DNA of 64,000 nucleotides. Source: a bacterium (lineage in GTDB: Bacteria; SZUA-182; DTGQ01; JAFGSM01). The translations under genes and the position numbers were made by a program. The stretch covers positions 26,993 to 90,992 of the forward strand of contig JBLIRP010000001.1 of assembly GCA_049472355.1 (NCBI GenBank). The letters run 5' to 3'. Within the stretch, counting starts at the first letter, position 1, and the number at the start of each line of letters is the position of its first letter. A model generated the notes under the pieces. That model did not search any database, was not told the origin of the DNA, and saw only the letters and a program-made list of their open reading frames with translations. This document shows, piece by piece, positions 40,287-52,268 of this stretch.

Positions 40287-41132
40287 ATGTTTAATGTATC
40301 AATGAAGCAGTTGCTGGAGGCGGGGGTTCACTTCGGCCACCAGGCCAAGCGCTGGAACCCGAAGATGAAGAAGTATCTCTTTATCGAGAGAAACGGTATC
40401 TTCATTATCGATCTTCAAAAGACCCTTCGAAAATTCAAAGAGGCCTATCAATTTGTTCAGGACCTTGCCGCCCGGGGAGGCTCGATTCTATTTGTCGGCA
40501 CCAAGAGACAGGCCCAAGAGGTTATCATGGAGGAGGCCGCCAGGTGCAATATGTCCTATGTCAACCAGCGATGGCTCGGCGGCATGCTGACCAATTTCGA
40601 TACCATCCAGAAGAGCCTGAACAAGATGAAACGATTGGTGGAGATGAAGGAGAGCGGAAACTACGCGGGTCTGACCAAAAAGGAGGCCTCCAAGCTGGAA
40701 AAAAAGAGGCAGAAAATGGAGAAGGTGCTGATCGGCATCCGCGATATCAACAAGCTGCCCGATGCGGTCTTCATCATAGACACCAAAAAGGAACGGATCG
40801 CCGTCAATGAGGCGAACAAACTGGAGATACCGGTGATCGCCATTCTTGACACCAATGCCGATCCGGATGGGATAGAGTATCCGATCCCCGGCAATGACGA
40901 CGCGATACGGTCAATCAAGCTGATCACCTCGCACATGGCGGATGCCGTGCTCGAAGGGCATGACGAATGGCTTGCCTCGCTGAAACAGGAAGCTGAAGAG
41001 CTTGACGAGCGGGACAGGGAGGAAAGGGGTTCGCCCTCCAAACAGAAGCCGAGGAAAAAACCCAGACCCAAGGTGGCAGAGACGGGTGAAAACAAGGATG
41101 AAGAAAGAGTTGAGAGTGAAAACGTTGCATAG
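40287..41132 (+). CDS. rpsB: 30S ribosomal protein S2
   Basis: [14 protein letters not shown] start and an acidic, Lys-rich C-terminal extension. Confidence 0.95.
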   Translation: MFNVSMKQLLEAGVHFGHQAKRWNPKMKKYLFIERNGIFIIDLQKTLRKFKEAYQFVQDLAARGGSILFVGTKRQAQEVIMEEAARCNMSYVNQRWLGGMLTNFDTIQKSLNKMKRLVEMKESGNYAGLTKKEASKLEKKRQKMEKVLIGIRDINKLPDAVFIIDTKKERIAVNEANKLEIPVIAILDTNADPDGIEYPIPGNDDAIRSIKLITSHMADAVLEGHDEWLASLKQEAEELDERDREERGSPSKQKPRKKPRPKVAETGENKDEERVESENVA

Positions 41133-41185
41133 ATGCTCAACATTCTTTTCGATATGACTGCAATAGCGTGGAAAGGGTAGTGAAC

Positions 41186-41788
41186 ATGGAGATTTCAGCA
41201 CAGCAGGTAAAGGACCTTCGCATAAAGACAGGGGCCGGTTTCATGGAATGCAAGCAGGCCCTCCAGGAGACTGGAGGGGATAGTGAAAAGGCCGTAGAGT
41301 ACCTCAGAAAAAAGGGGATTTCCACCGCCGCCAAAAAGGCCGGCAGGGAGACCTCACAGGGTCTCATTCATTCCTATATCCATGGAAACGGACGGATCGG
41401 TGTGCTCCTGGAGATAAACTGTGAGACCGATTTTGTAGCGCGGACCCCGGATTTCAAGGAGTTTGCCAAGGATATGGCGATGCAGATCGCGGCATTCAGC
41501 CCCCTGTACGTCAAGCGGGAGGATGTTTCCCCGGAGGTCATAGAAAAGGAGAAGGAGATCTACAGATCACAAATGGAGGACGGAAAAAAGCCTCCCCAGA
41601 TCATTGACAAGATTGTATCGGGAAAGATCGACAAGAATTTCTTTGCCAAGGTATGTCTCCTTGAACAGCCCTATGTGCGCGACGACAAGAGGACAATCAA
41701 GGAGGTGCTTACCGAGCGTATCGCAACACTCGGTGAAAACATCAACATACGGCGATTTGTCCGTTTCGAACTCGGCGAGGACCTGTGA
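41186..41788 (+). CDS. tsf: elongation factor Ts
   Basis: [27 protein letters not shown]-like N-terminus. The track ORF starts at 41168. Confidence 0.9.
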   Translation: MEISAQQVKDLRIKTGAGFMECKQALQETGGDSEKAVEYLRKKGISTAAKKAGRETSQGLIHSYIHGNGRIGVLLEINCETDFVARTPDFKEFAKDMAMQIAAFSPLYVKREDVSPEVIEKEKEIYRSQMEDGKKPPQIIDKIVSGKIDKNFFAKVCLLEQPYVRDDKRTIKEVLTERIATLGENINIRRFVRFELGEDL

Positions 41789-42516
41789 GCTTCGATACGC
41801 CAGTCTATAAGAGAATACTCCTCAAGCTCAGCGGGGAGGCACTGCAGGGAGAGCGGGGATATGGTATCGATTCGAAGACCGTCCTTTCCATTGCTGAAGA
41901 GATTACGGAAATAAGGGATCTCGGCGTTGAAATCGCCATAGTGATGGGCGGAGGAAATATATACCGCGGCTCCTCCGGGGATATTTCCTGCGTGGAAAAG
42001 ACGTCCGCCGATTACATGGGGATGCTCGCCACGGTGATAAACGGACTTGCCCTGCAAGGGGCGTTGGAAAAATTTGGCGCCTTTACCCGGGTCCTGACCG
42101 CCATAGAAATGCCGAGGGTAGCCGAGCCGTACATACGGCGAAGGGCCATCCGCCATATGGAAAAGGGCAGAATCGTCATACTGGCGGGAGGAACCGGCAA
42201 TCCTTATTTCACCACCGATACGGCCGCCTCCCTTCGCGCCATTGAAATCGCCGCTGAGGCCATATTGAAGGCAACCAAGGTGGACGGCATCTATTCTTCG
42301 GATCCCATGAAAGACAAGGATGCACAGAAGATTGAAGAGGTTACCTACATGGAGGTCATACGAAGACGTCTCCAGGTAATGGACAATACCGCTATAACCC
42401 TGTGCATGGAGAATATGATCCCGATCGTTGTCTTCAATTTCATGAAAAAGGGAAACCTGAAAAGGATCATATATGGAGAACCTATAGGATCATACATAAA
42501 GGGTGAGGAATCATGA
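41785..42516 (+). CDS. pyrH: UMP kinase
   Basis: [13 protein letters not shown] start. 243 aa. ATGA overlap with tsf. Confidence 0.95.
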   Translation: MSFDTPVYKRILLKLSGEALQGERGYGIDSKTVLSIAEEITEIRDLGVEIAIVMGGGNIYRGSSGDISCVEKTSADYMGMLATVINGLALQGALEKFGAFTRVLTAIEMPRVAEPYIRRRAIRHMEKGRIVILAGGTGNPYFTTDTAASLRAIEIAAEAILKATKVDGIYSSDPMKDKDAQKIEEVTYMEVIRRRLQVMDNTAITLCMENMIPIVVFNFMKKGNLKRIIYGEPIGSYIKGEES

Positions 42517-43070
42517 CAAAGGAACTTCAGAAAGAGACCAGAAACAAGATGGATCTGGCAATTGATGCCCTCAAGCATGAATTCGGTTCATTACGGACGG
42601 GACGCGCGTCCGCTTCCCTCCTGGATGGCATCAAGGTTGAGTATTACAACTCCCTCAGTCCCCTCAACCAGTTGGCCACTATTTCGGTTCCGGAATCAAG
42701 ACTCCTTGTTATTCAACCGTGGGATCCTTCATCCCTTGCGAATATTGAAAAGGCGATCCTGAAATCCGACCTCGGGCTAAACCCTTCGAATGACGGTAAG
42801 GTCATACGGCTGTCCATACCCATGCTCACCGAGGAGCGCAGAAAGCAACTGGTCAAGGTGGTGAAGAATGCCGCCGAGGAGTGTCGGATCTCCATCAGAA
42901 ATTCCCGCAGGGAGAGCAATGAGAAGCTCAAGAAGATGGAAAAGGACAAGCAGATAACTGAAGACGATTATCACAATGGTCTTAAGGAGATACAAAACCT
43001 TACCGATGAGTATATCGGCAAGGTTGATGAGCTGTTGGATAACAAGGAAAAAGAGATTCTGGAGGTTTGA
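42513..43070 (+). CDS. frr: ribosome recycling factor
   Basis: 185 aa. [20 protein letters not shown] motif. Confidence 0.95.
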   Translation: MTKELQKETRNKMDLAIDALKHEFGSLRTGRASASLLDGIKVEYYNSLSPLNQLATISVPESRLLVIQPWDPSSLANIEKAILKSDLGLNPSNDGKVIRLSIPMLTEERRKQLVKVVKNAAEECRISIRNSRRESNEKLKKMEKDKQITEDDYHNGLKEIQNLTDEYIGKVDELLDNKEKEILEV

Positions 43071-43148
43071 AAAGCCGGCATGTGGCCCTCGATCTCTGCA
43101 AAAGGGATGGTGTGTTTTCGGTTGCGACATGTTCGTCGGAGAACATAA

Positions 43149-44405
<1,257 letters not shown>

Positions 44406-44441
44406 CGCAACGGCAATTACCCGGTTGAATGGTCATTATGG

Positions 44442-44463
44442 ATGCCCTCGATTCGCAGGGCAT
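44442..44463 (+). terminator. 7-bp stem hairpin downstream of tgt (atgccct-loop-agggcat), no U-tract
   Basis: Inverted repeat at 44442-44448 and 44457-44463. Confidence 0.25.
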
Positions 44464-44620
44464 ATCATTGGTATCATTGGTATCGTTGGTATCAGATGAA
44501 ACTGCGAATGTAGAATGTCGAATGTAGAATGTAGAATGTCGAAGTGAAACGCCCATGAGCCGGATGAAACTGCGAATGTAGAATGTAGAATGTAGAAGTG
44601 AAACGCTCATGAGACTTCGG
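44464..44620. repeat. intergenic repeat region: 10-bp (atcattggt) x3, then two ~60-bp units each carrying 3-5 tandem GAATGT[AC] heptamers and a conserved gaagtgaaacgcYcatgag tail
   Basis: Visible directly in the sequence. Unit 1 is about 44495-44562 and unit 2 about 44563-44618. Confidence 0.65.
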
Positions 44621-44635
44621 CTCACAAGGAAGCAT

Positions 44636-44655
44636 GAAAATCCCGGGGGATTTTC
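44636..44655. promoter_or_regulatory. perfect 9-bp inverted repeat gaaaatccc-gg-gggattttc, about 140 bp upstream of yajC
   Basis: Exact palindrome. Candidate operator or stem-loop. Confidence 0.3.
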
Positions 44656-44795
44656 AGATGAAAGAATCGGAATGCTATGATGAAAAGAATCGAGCACCTC
44701 ATGGATGATGCGCAGCCTTACTCGGGGTACCGTAGCGGGCCATCGGGTCAGGTCCATACGCTTTTATTATCTTTTTATAATAGGGGGAATACGGA

Positions 44796-45143
44796 ATGAT
44801 TTTGCTCAACGTTGCCTATGCCATGTCTTCGGGTGGTGGACAGACCGGACAGTCCGGAGGAGGTGGAATGGTGGGGGGGCTGGTTACGCTCGGCCTCATA
44901 TTTTTGGTGTTCTATTTTCTCCTGATCAGACCCCAGCAAAAACAGCAGCAAAAACTCCAGGAAATGCGCAATACACTGCGCGCTGGAGAGAAGGTTATGA
45001 CCACCGGTGGAATATTCGGAACCGTCGAATCGATATCATCCGAGTCCATCATGCTTAAGATCGCCGATAAGGTACGAATCGAGGTCGCCAAAAATGCCAT
45101 TGCCGGCATACGAGAGGGGACCAAAAAGGGTGGCAAAGAATAA
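44796..45143 (+). CDS. yajC: preprotein translocase subunit YajC
   Basis: Single TM helix then FYFLLIRPQQKQQK; the conserved RPQ motif of YajC. The gene precedes secD-secF. Confidence 0.85.
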   Translation: MILLNVAYAMSSGGGQTGQSGGGGMVGGLVTLGLIFLVFYFLLIRPQQKQQQKLQEMRNTLRAGEKVMTTGGIFGTVESISSESIMLKIADKVRIEVAKNAIAGIREGTKKGGKE

Positions 45144-45173
45144 AACGATGCACGTGAGAATAAGGGGGTCACA

Positions 45174-46763
45174 GTGAAAGATAACCTGAAATGGAAATTC
45201 TGGCTTATCGTCATCATAAGCATTATCGCCTTTGTCTATATTCTGCCTTCGTTAACCAGTTCGCTCCCCTCATGGTGGAAAAAAAAGATCGATAAGGTGC
45301 ACCTCGGCCTTGACCTTCAGGGAGGCATGCACCTCGTACTCGGCGTGAAGGTGGAAAAGGCCATCGAGAGCTATCTGGAAAGGACCGCCAGTACCATCAA
45401 GGACGCCATGCGGGAGAAGGGGATCGTTTTCGACAGCATCGAGCGCGTGGATGCGAGAAAGATCGCCGTAAGGCTCGTGACCGAGGAATTCGTATCATCC
45501 ATGGACACCATCATGGAGGATTATATCAATTTCGAGGTGGCAAACCCCGTTGAGGGGGACAACACCCGCTTCCTTCTCACCCTGCGTCCACAGGAGGCCG
45601 ATCGTATCAAGGAGTCGGCCCTCAACCAGGCGGTGGAGACCATTCGAAACCGGATCGATCAGTTCGGGGTCAGTGAACCGACCATTCAGAAACAGGGCGA
45701 GGACCGAATTGTCGTGGAGCTTCCGGGGATAAAGGACACGAAACGGGCCATTTCCCTCATCGGGAAGACCGCTCAGCTTGAATTCAAGATTGTCGATGAC
45801 GAGGCGAACCTCGATGAGGCCCTCAAGGGGAACATCCCCCCCGATGATGAAATCCTCTACGAGAGGACCGTGGACAGGGACACTGGAAGGCTGATCAAAA
45901 AGCCCTATCTGCTCAAAAAGAGGACCCTCATGACCGGAGACGTGCTCACCGATGCCGAGGTAAGGATCGGCGGGGAATACGGGGAATCGTACGTGGCCAT
46001 CACGTTCGACAGCGGAGGGGCGAAGCTGTTTGAGCAGATCACCGCGGAGAACGTCGGGCGCCGGCTCGCCATCATTCTGGACAAAAATGTGTACTCAGCA
46101 CCGGTTATACGCGAAAAAATCGGTGGAGGAAGGGCCCAGATCACCGGGAGTTTCTCTACCGAAGAGGCCCATGACCTGGCCATTGTTTTGAGGGCAGGCG
46201 CCTTGCCCGCACCGGTGGAAATCATGCACCAGCAATCGGTCGGACCATCGCTCGGCCAGGATTCCATCCGGAAGGGGCTTATATCCCTCCTGATAGGCTT
46301 TGTTCTGGTGATCGGGTTCATGGTGGTGTACTACAACCTCTCGGGGTTTGTGGCCGATCTTGCCCTCATCCTGAATATCATCCTGATCATGGCGGTGCTT
46401 TCCATATTCAAGGCAACCTTGACCCTCCCGGGGATAGCGGGAATCGTTCTGACCATTGGTATGGCAGTCGATGCCAATGTCCTCATATTCGAACGGATAC
46501 GGGAGGAGCTCCTCCTCGGTAAAACGGTGAGGGCCGCGGTGAGTGCGGGATATGCCAAGGCCTTCATCACCATTTTGGATGCAAATGTTACGACCCTTAT
46601 TGCCGCCGTGGTCCTCTTCCAGTTCGGAACCGGGCCGGTAAAGGGGTTTGCGGTGACCCTCAGCATCGGTATTATTGCAAGCATGTTTACGGCAATATTC
46701 GTCACCAGGTTTGTGTTTGACTGGTTCATGACCAGGGTGCGAATCCAAACCCTGAGCATCTAA
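45174..46763 (+). CDS. secD: protein translocase subunit SecD
   Basis: 529 aa. Large periplasmic domain plus six C-terminal TM helices. It follows yajC. Confidence 0.95.
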   Translation: MKDNLKWKFWLIVIISIIAFVYILPSLTSSLPSWWKKKIDKVHLGLDLQGGMHLVLGVKVEKAIESYLERTASTIKDAMREKGIVFDSIERVDARKIAVRLVTEEFVSSMDTIMEDYINFEVANPVEGDNTRFLLTLRPQEADRIKESALNQAVETIRNRIDQFGVSEPTIQKQGEDRIVVELPGIKDTKRAISLIGKTAQLEFKIVDDEANLDEALKGNIPPDDEILYERTVDRDTGRLIKKPYLLKKRTLMTGDVLTDAEVRIGGEYGESYVAITFDSGGAKLFEQITAENVGRRLAIILDKNVYSAPVIREKIGGGRAQITGSFSTEEAHDLAIVLRAGALPAPVEIMHQQSVGPSLGQDSIRKGLISLLIGFVLVIGFMVVYYNLSGFVADLALILNIILIMAVLSIFKATLTLPGIAGIVLTIGMAVDANVLIFERIREELLLGKTVRAAVSAGYAKAFITILDANVTTLIAAVVLFQFGTGPVKGFAVTLSIGIIASMFTAIFVTRFVFDWFMTRVRIQTLSI

Positions 46764-46788
46764 TACGAGAATATACGAGGAGGCATGA

Positions 46789-47889
46789 ATGAGGTTCTTT
46801 AGAAATGATTTAAACATAGATTTCATGGGGGCCAGAAAGTGGGCCATCCTTGGGTCCATTATCATTATCGGGGTGGGTATCGCCTCCCTCATCGTTAAAA
46901 ACGGGCCGCGCTACGGGGTTGACTTTGCCGGCGGGACCCTGGTCCAGGTCAAATTCAACGTGCCGATGGAAATCGATACGCTGCGCAACACCTTAAAGGA
47001 TCTGGATCTGGGGGAGATCCTGATTCAACGCTATGGTGAGAAGGAGGAAAACGAGGTACTCCTGAGAATGTCCGCAACCACGTCGTCGTTGGAGGGATAC
47101 GAAACGAGGATCGGAGAGGCCCTTACCGAGACCATAGGCGCGGATGCCTTTGAGATACGAAGGGTGGAGATGGTGGGGCCCAAGGTGGGGAAGGACCTGC
47201 GCGAGAAGGGGATATGGGCGATCATCTTCGCCACCCTGGGGGTTTTGTTCTATACGTGGTGGCGGTTTGAATTCGTATACGCCCTTGGCGCCATCATTGC
47301 GCTGCTCCACGATGTCCTGGTGACCGTGGGCGCATTCTCCCTGACCGGCCGTGAATTCACCCTGCCGGTGATCGCCGCCCTTTTGACCATCATCGGTTAT
47401 TCCCTGAACGACACCATCGTGGTCTTCGACCGGGTGAGGGACAATCTCAAGTTGATGAGAAACCGGCCCCTCAAGGATATTCTCAATACGAGCATCAATC
47501 AGACGCTGGGACGGACCGTGCTCACCTCCTTGACCACCTTTTTTGTGGTATTCTGCTTATACGCCCTGGGTGGTGAGGTCATCAACGACTTTGCCTTCGC
47601 CCTCATCATCGGCGTTATCGTGGGTACGTACTCGTCCGTGTACATTGCGAGCCCGGTTGCCCTCTTCTTCCACAATCTTGCCCCCTCTGCAAAGGGTGCA
47701 GGCGGTGCAAGGGCAAAGAGGGAGATGGGGCCGGGCATGCCCGCAAGCAGTATCGGCCCTGTCAACAAAGGCGGCGTGAGCAGGATGATGGAGCAGCAGA
47801 AACAGATTCAAACGGCTGCATCGTCGGAATCAAGGAAGAAGGGAACCAAGGGTTCTTCAAAAAGGCGCAAGAAGAATCGACGCGGCTGA
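46789..47889 (+). CDS. secF: protein translocase subunit SecF, with a Lys/Arg-rich C-terminal extension
   Basis: SecF TM core. The basic tail (KKGTKGSSKRRKKNRRG) is atypical but in frame. Confidence 0.9.
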   Translation: MRFFRNDLNIDFMGARKWAILGSIIIIGVGIASLIVKNGPRYGVDFAGGTLVQVKFNVPMEIDTLRNTLKDLDLGEILIQRYGEKEENEVLLRMSATTSSLEGYETRIGEALTETIGADAFEIRRVEMVGPKVGKDLREKGIWAIIFATLGVLFYTWWRFEFVYALGAIIALLHDVLVTVGAFSLTGREFTLPVIAALLTIIGYSLNDTIVVFDRVRDNLKLMRNRPLKDILNTSINQTLGRTVLTSLTTFFVVFCLYALGGEVINDFAFALIIGVIVGTYSSVYIASPVALFFHNLAPSAKGAGGARAKREMGPGMPASSIGPVNKGGVSRMMEQQKQIQTAASSESRKKGTKGSSKRRKKNRRG

Positions 47890-48168
47890 TCCCCGATCGC
47901 ATCCCGCTTCGATGGGAATGAGCGGGCGGCATGGTGCGTTTATGCACGGGTTTTAAAACGAACAGGCCATGTAACCCTTCCGGTGAAGGAATACATGGCC
48001 CATTTAATCTTTTGCGGGTTTAATTCCCCGCCCCTTGGGGCGACCCAAAAAATTCGTTTTACTACCCGGCGGGGTAGTTTATTTTAACCCCAAATAATGC
48101 AATTCGTCACAGTGTATACAGAAAACACAAGGCATTTGTGACAAATTTTAACCCCGGAGGATACCTTC

Positions 48169-50034
48169 CTAAAAGGTCCACCAGGGCTCCACGTCCAGCA
48201 GGAAGGTCATCACTGCATACCCTCCTCTGATATCGTAGGCGATGATCTCAACAAGATATCTTCCCGGCCAGGGAGTGGTCAGGGTGTAGACCGCCCCGCT
48301 CACGTATCTGCCCTTCTTATCCTCGTCGACGGTTTGGCCGATTTCGCTTTCGGGCGTAATGCCGAATCCCGGTTTCATTTCCGTTACACTGCCGATATTG
48401 CATGAATAGTGGATGACATCACCGTCAGGGTCGAAGAATTCAACGGGGATAAGGAATGTCCTTCCGGCCTTGGCAATCTGGGGACTGTCGATGTCTTCGC
48501 AGAGTATGGGGGGATGATTCAACCAGGTCCCGTAATTTACCACCACCAGGGTAAATTCGGTCACCGCCGAAAGCCCTCGCGGATCGGTGGCAATAACCTG
48601 AATCCGGTAAATCCCTTCGAACTGTGGACTGAAGCTGATTTCAGGCACGCAGGGCACCGGGATGATGGGTTCCTGCCAGGGACCATACTGGTAACTGGGG
48701 AGACCATTAATCAGGGCCGAGTAGGTGATGTTTCCCGGCTCCTCGATCGTACCGGGGATGTCTTCTTCATCCTTGTCGTAGCAGACAAATTGCTTGACAA
48801 AATAGCCCTCGTTGCTCCCCAGGATATAGACGTCGTCCTCGATCTCCTCAAAATAAGGCGGGTGGTTCTCCACCGGGTAATTGACCACCGACAAGGGAAA
48901 GGTTTCGATGTCCGAGAGGCCTCCCTCGTCCACCACCCGGATGGTCACTATGAGGTCCTCGAAATGCTGGGGGACAAACTGCAGCATCACCTTGTCCTTG
49001 GCGCATGCGGGATCGCTATTCGCACACAGGATATAGGAGCCGGCATTGTTCGGGTCCTCCTTGACACGGTGGATCAAATCGGTGGTCTGAATGCCTTGGG
49101 AGCCGTATCCCCCTATTGTGGCGAGGAATTCGAGCCTTGACTCGTCTGAGGCGCCGGTGAGCTCGATATCGGTGGCGGTGATGAGGGTGCTGAACGGCAC
49201 GAAGAGCTGGGCATACTGTGGTCCGATCCGCTGCAGCTTGGGAGGATGGTTGATGATATCCCCCAATGTATCGTGAAAGGCGATATTATCAACCATCAGT
49301 TGATACCCCTTCAGCATAATGGAGAGTATCCGTGATTCACCGGGGCCAAAAATGGACTTACCGAATCCGTCCCTGTCGGTGTCGTCCATTTCGTACCCCA
49401 AAGCCATGGCTACATCCCGGTCCAGGTCTCGAAGCACCAGGTGCCAGGTCCCATCCTGATATTGCCTGCCCAGTTCATACACATAACCGGGGGGATCCAT
49501 CCTTCCACTAAATATGTCCCCGGGTCTTCCCTCGTAGGGTATAGGACCTGACTCACCCTGGCCTACCGGGCGATAGATAAGATTGACCTGCTCACCCTTA
49601 CGGGACACGAGGAATACCTGCACCTCCCATTGATCGAACCACTCTATGCCGAACCACATGCGAATATTGAATGAGATGATACTCTTGTCGCTGATGGGAT
49701 CTCCATTGGGGTAGGTGACGGACTCATTCCATGCAAAAAATGGATAGAATTGATTCAGGTGGGACATCATGCATTCATAGAGAAGGACCCTGCTCTGCAA
49801 TCCCGGGTCGATCACCGTGGATATGCGCCCGAATCCGGTATAGGGGCACCATCCGTAGACCGGATAAGGGGGACAGGAGCTCTTCCACCCATAGGTGCTC
49901 GGTGCATTCCAGTACTCAAAATCCTGCCACACGAAGGTATCTGCCCGGGCGCCGGGTCCGGTCAGCAGAAGGTGGAAGCATGCAGCCATCATACATACGA
50001 TGACAACGAGTACGAATCCCCTCTTTTTCACCAT
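48169..50034 (-). CDS. secreted NHPP-repeat (cadherin/Ig-like) protein, paralog family member B
   Basis: Signal peptide, DTFVWQDFEYWNAPSTYGW, IINHPPKLQRIGPQ, VVNYPVENHPPYFEE and GTWLNHPPI. The C-terminus is ...DVEPWWTF. Collinear with members A and C. Confidence 0.7.
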   Translation of the reverse strand: MVKKRGFVLVVIVCMMAACFHLLLTGPGARADTFVWQDFEYWNAPSTYGWKSSCPPYPVYGWCPYTGFGRISTVIDPGLQSRVLLYECMMSHLNQFYPFFAWNESVTYPNGDPISDKSIISFNIRMWFGIEWFDQWEVQVFLVSRKGEQVNLIYRPVGQGESGPIPYEGRPGDIFSGRMDPPGYVYELGRQYQDGTWHLVLRDLDRDVAMALGYEMDDTDRDGFGKSIFGPGESRILSIMLKGYQLMVDNIAFHDTLGDIINHPPKLQRIGPQYAQLFVPFSTLITATDIELTGASDESRLEFLATIGGYGSQGIQTTDLIHRVKEDPNNAGSYILCANSDPACAKDKVMLQFVPQHFEDLIVTIRVVDEGGLSDIETFPLSVVNYPVENHPPYFEEIEDDVYILGSNEGYFVKQFVCYDKDEEDIPGTIEEPGNITYSALINGLPSYQYGPWQEPIIPVPCVPEISFSPQFEGIYRIQVIATDPRGLSAVTEFTLVVVNYGTWLNHPPILCEDIDSPQIAKAGRTFLIPVEFFDPDGDVIHYSCNIGSVTEMKPGFGITPESEIGQTVDEDKKGRYVSGAVYTLTTPWPGRYLVEIIAYDIRGGYAVMTFLLDVEPWWTF

Positions 50035-50378
50035 TGATTCACCCCTTCCTTAGGCCCCCCGAAAACTTGCACCAATGCTCACTCAAACCTCAACGATGAA
50101 ACACAATCGAGTCAATGCACTTGCCGTTGTTTAACTATATCCCAAAAAAAGCCATGTAATGACTGTTTATTTTAATATTCTATAAAAGATGCTACATATA
50201 TTCAATATAAATTATATCAATAATCCTAAAAAGTGTCAAAAATTATCTCGCTATAGTGAATTTACTATGATGTGGCGATGAGGGGGAAATAATCAGGGAA
50301 AAGCACCATATATGAATTGACGTATCATCCGTTAAATTCTTACATGTGCAGAGAACCTCCCCAACGAAATCAGTCCCT

Positions 50379-52268
50379 TCAGGCCAGCCACCGCTGAAAC
50401 ATAAAGAGCGTCCACAGCTTCTTGCGGTTGTCGATCCTTCCCGCACAGTGGTCTCGAAGCAATCCATTCACCACATCCGGATCAAAGATGCCCTGCCTTC
50501 GTATCAGATCCGGATTGAGGGTATCCCCGAAGAGTTCCCTCAATTCGCCCTTGATCCATCGGGCCACGGGGATGCCGAATCCCTTCTTTTTTCGATGGAT
50601 GATGGAGCGGGGCAGGAGCGCGGCAACAGCTTTCTTCAACAGGTACTTTGTCCTGAGGCGCTTCAATTTGAATGAAGGGGGAAGACGGGTGACAAAATCC
50701 ACGCAGGTGTGGTCAAGAAAGGGCACACGAACCTCCAGGGAATGCGCCATGCTCGCCCTGTCCACCTTGACCAGGAGATCATCCTGAAGGTAGAGCTTGG
50801 CATCCAGGTAGAGAATCGCATGGAGGGGGTGATTGGCCTTGGCCCTGGCGAGATGATCCCTCACGATGGCGAAGGTGTCATGCTGTGCCAGGGATTCCTT
50901 GATCTCAGGGCGAAAGAGCAACGCCTTATCCTGCGGGCTGAAGGACCCCATCCAGATTGTATGACGAATGCCGGGGGGGAGGGATATGCCGTCGATGAAA
51001 CGCTTTGCACAGAAATCCAGGCTGAAATTTTTGTCCGATACCGGAAGGCTGCGGATAAAGGGTTCCATCAGACCTTCCCTGAGCAATCCGGGGAGTTTGA
51101 GGTAAAGCCCGGCCATGGCGTGTGCCTGGTAGGTGTAGTACCCGGCGAACAGCTCATCCCCACCGTCACCGCTGAGGGCCACGGTTACCTGTTCCCTGCA
51201 GAATTTGCACAGAAGATAGGTAGGCAGCAGTGAGGCGTCACCAAACGGCTCATCCATGATGTCACACACCCTTGGAAGGGCATCCAGCATCTGGGCAGTG
51301 TCGAACATCTTCTGATGGTGGTTGATACCGATATGCCGGGACGCCTGTATGGCAAAATCGGATTCATCAAAGGAAGGCTCGTAGAACCCGATCTGAAAGC
51401 TGTCGATCGACTCATTTGCCTGACGATGGGCAAGGGCGGTGATCGTACTTGAATCGATCCCTCCGCTCAGGAAAGTCCCCAAAGGGACATCACTGATGAG
51501 CCTTCGTTTCACCGAGGCGCCAAGCAGGTCCAAATACTGTTCTTCGCATTCCCTTTCATCGAGCCCCTGTGCGGAGGTCCTTCCCGATCGATAGTCCAGG
51601 TCCCAATACTCCTTGAGCCGGATGGCTCCCTTTTCGAAAATGAGCATGTGGCCGGGGGGAAGCTTTGATACCCCCTGATAGATGGTCTTGGGTGTGGGAA
51701 CATATTCAAAGGTCAGATACAGATCGAGGGCCTCGAGATCCAACTGCGGCTCCCATCCGGGGTGCTTGAGCAGGGCCTTGATTTCGGAGGCAAAGACAAT
51801 GTCCCCCTGTGTGGTGAGCATATAATAGAGGGGCTTTATGCCCATTCGGTCCCTGACGAGGATGAGTCTCCTGCGCTGTGAATCCCACAGGGCGATGCCG
51901 AACATGCCGTTTAGGTCTTCGACAAAGGCATCCCCCTTCTCCTCGTACAGGTGCAGGACGACCTCCCCGTCCGATCCGGACGTGAAATGGTGCCCCCGTT
52001 TGATCAGATCATCCCGCAGTTCGGGGAAATTGTAGATCTCTCCGTTGTGGAGCAGCCAGAGGGTGCGGTCCTCGTTGGTCATGGGCTGATGCCCGGTGGC
52101 GAGGTCTATAATGGAAAGACGGCGCATACCCAGGGCCATGTATCCGTCAAAGTGGGTTCCCCACTCATCAGGTCCCCGATGGACCATCGTGTCACACATG
52201 GCCTTGAGAATGGCATCAGCCGGTTCCGGCCTGGGGTCTTCAGAAGAGAAGCCGCAAATACCGCACAT
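50379..52268 (-). CDS. asnB: asparagine synthetase (glutamine-hydrolysing), AsnB family
   Basis: N-terminal MCGI (Ntn Cys2), an SGGIDSS PP-loop, and a 629-aa length. Confidence 0.85.
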   Translation of the reverse strand: MCGICGFSSEDPRPEPADAILKAMCDTMVHRGPDEWGTHFDGYMALGMRRLSIIDLATGHQPMTNEDRTLWLLHNGEIYNFPELRDDLIKRGHHFTSGSDGEVVLHLYEEKGDAFVEDLNGMFGIALWDSQRRRLILVRDRMGIKPLYYMLTTQGDIVFASEIKALLKHPGWEPQLDLEALDLYLTFEYVPTPKTIYQGVSKLPPGHMLIFEKGAIRLKEYWDLDYRSGRTSAQGLDERECEEQYLDLLGASVKRRLISDVPLGTFLSGGIDSSTITALAHRQANESIDSFQIGFYEPSFDESDFAIQASRHIGINHHQKMFDTAQMLDALPRVCDIMDEPFGDASLLPTYLLCKFCREQVTVALSGDGGDELFAGYYTYQAHAMAGLYLKLPGLLREGLMEPFIRSLPVSDKNFSLDFCAKRFIDGISLPPGIRHTIWMGSFSPQDKALLFRPEIKESLAQHDTFAIVRDHLARAKANHPLHAILYLDAKLYLQDDLLVKVDRASMAHSLEVRVPFLDHTCVDFVTRLPPSFKLKRLRTKYLLKKAVAALLPRSIIHRKKKGFGIPVARWIKGELRELFGDTLNPDLIRRQGIFDPDVVNGLLRDHCAGRIDNRKKLWTLFMFQRWLA

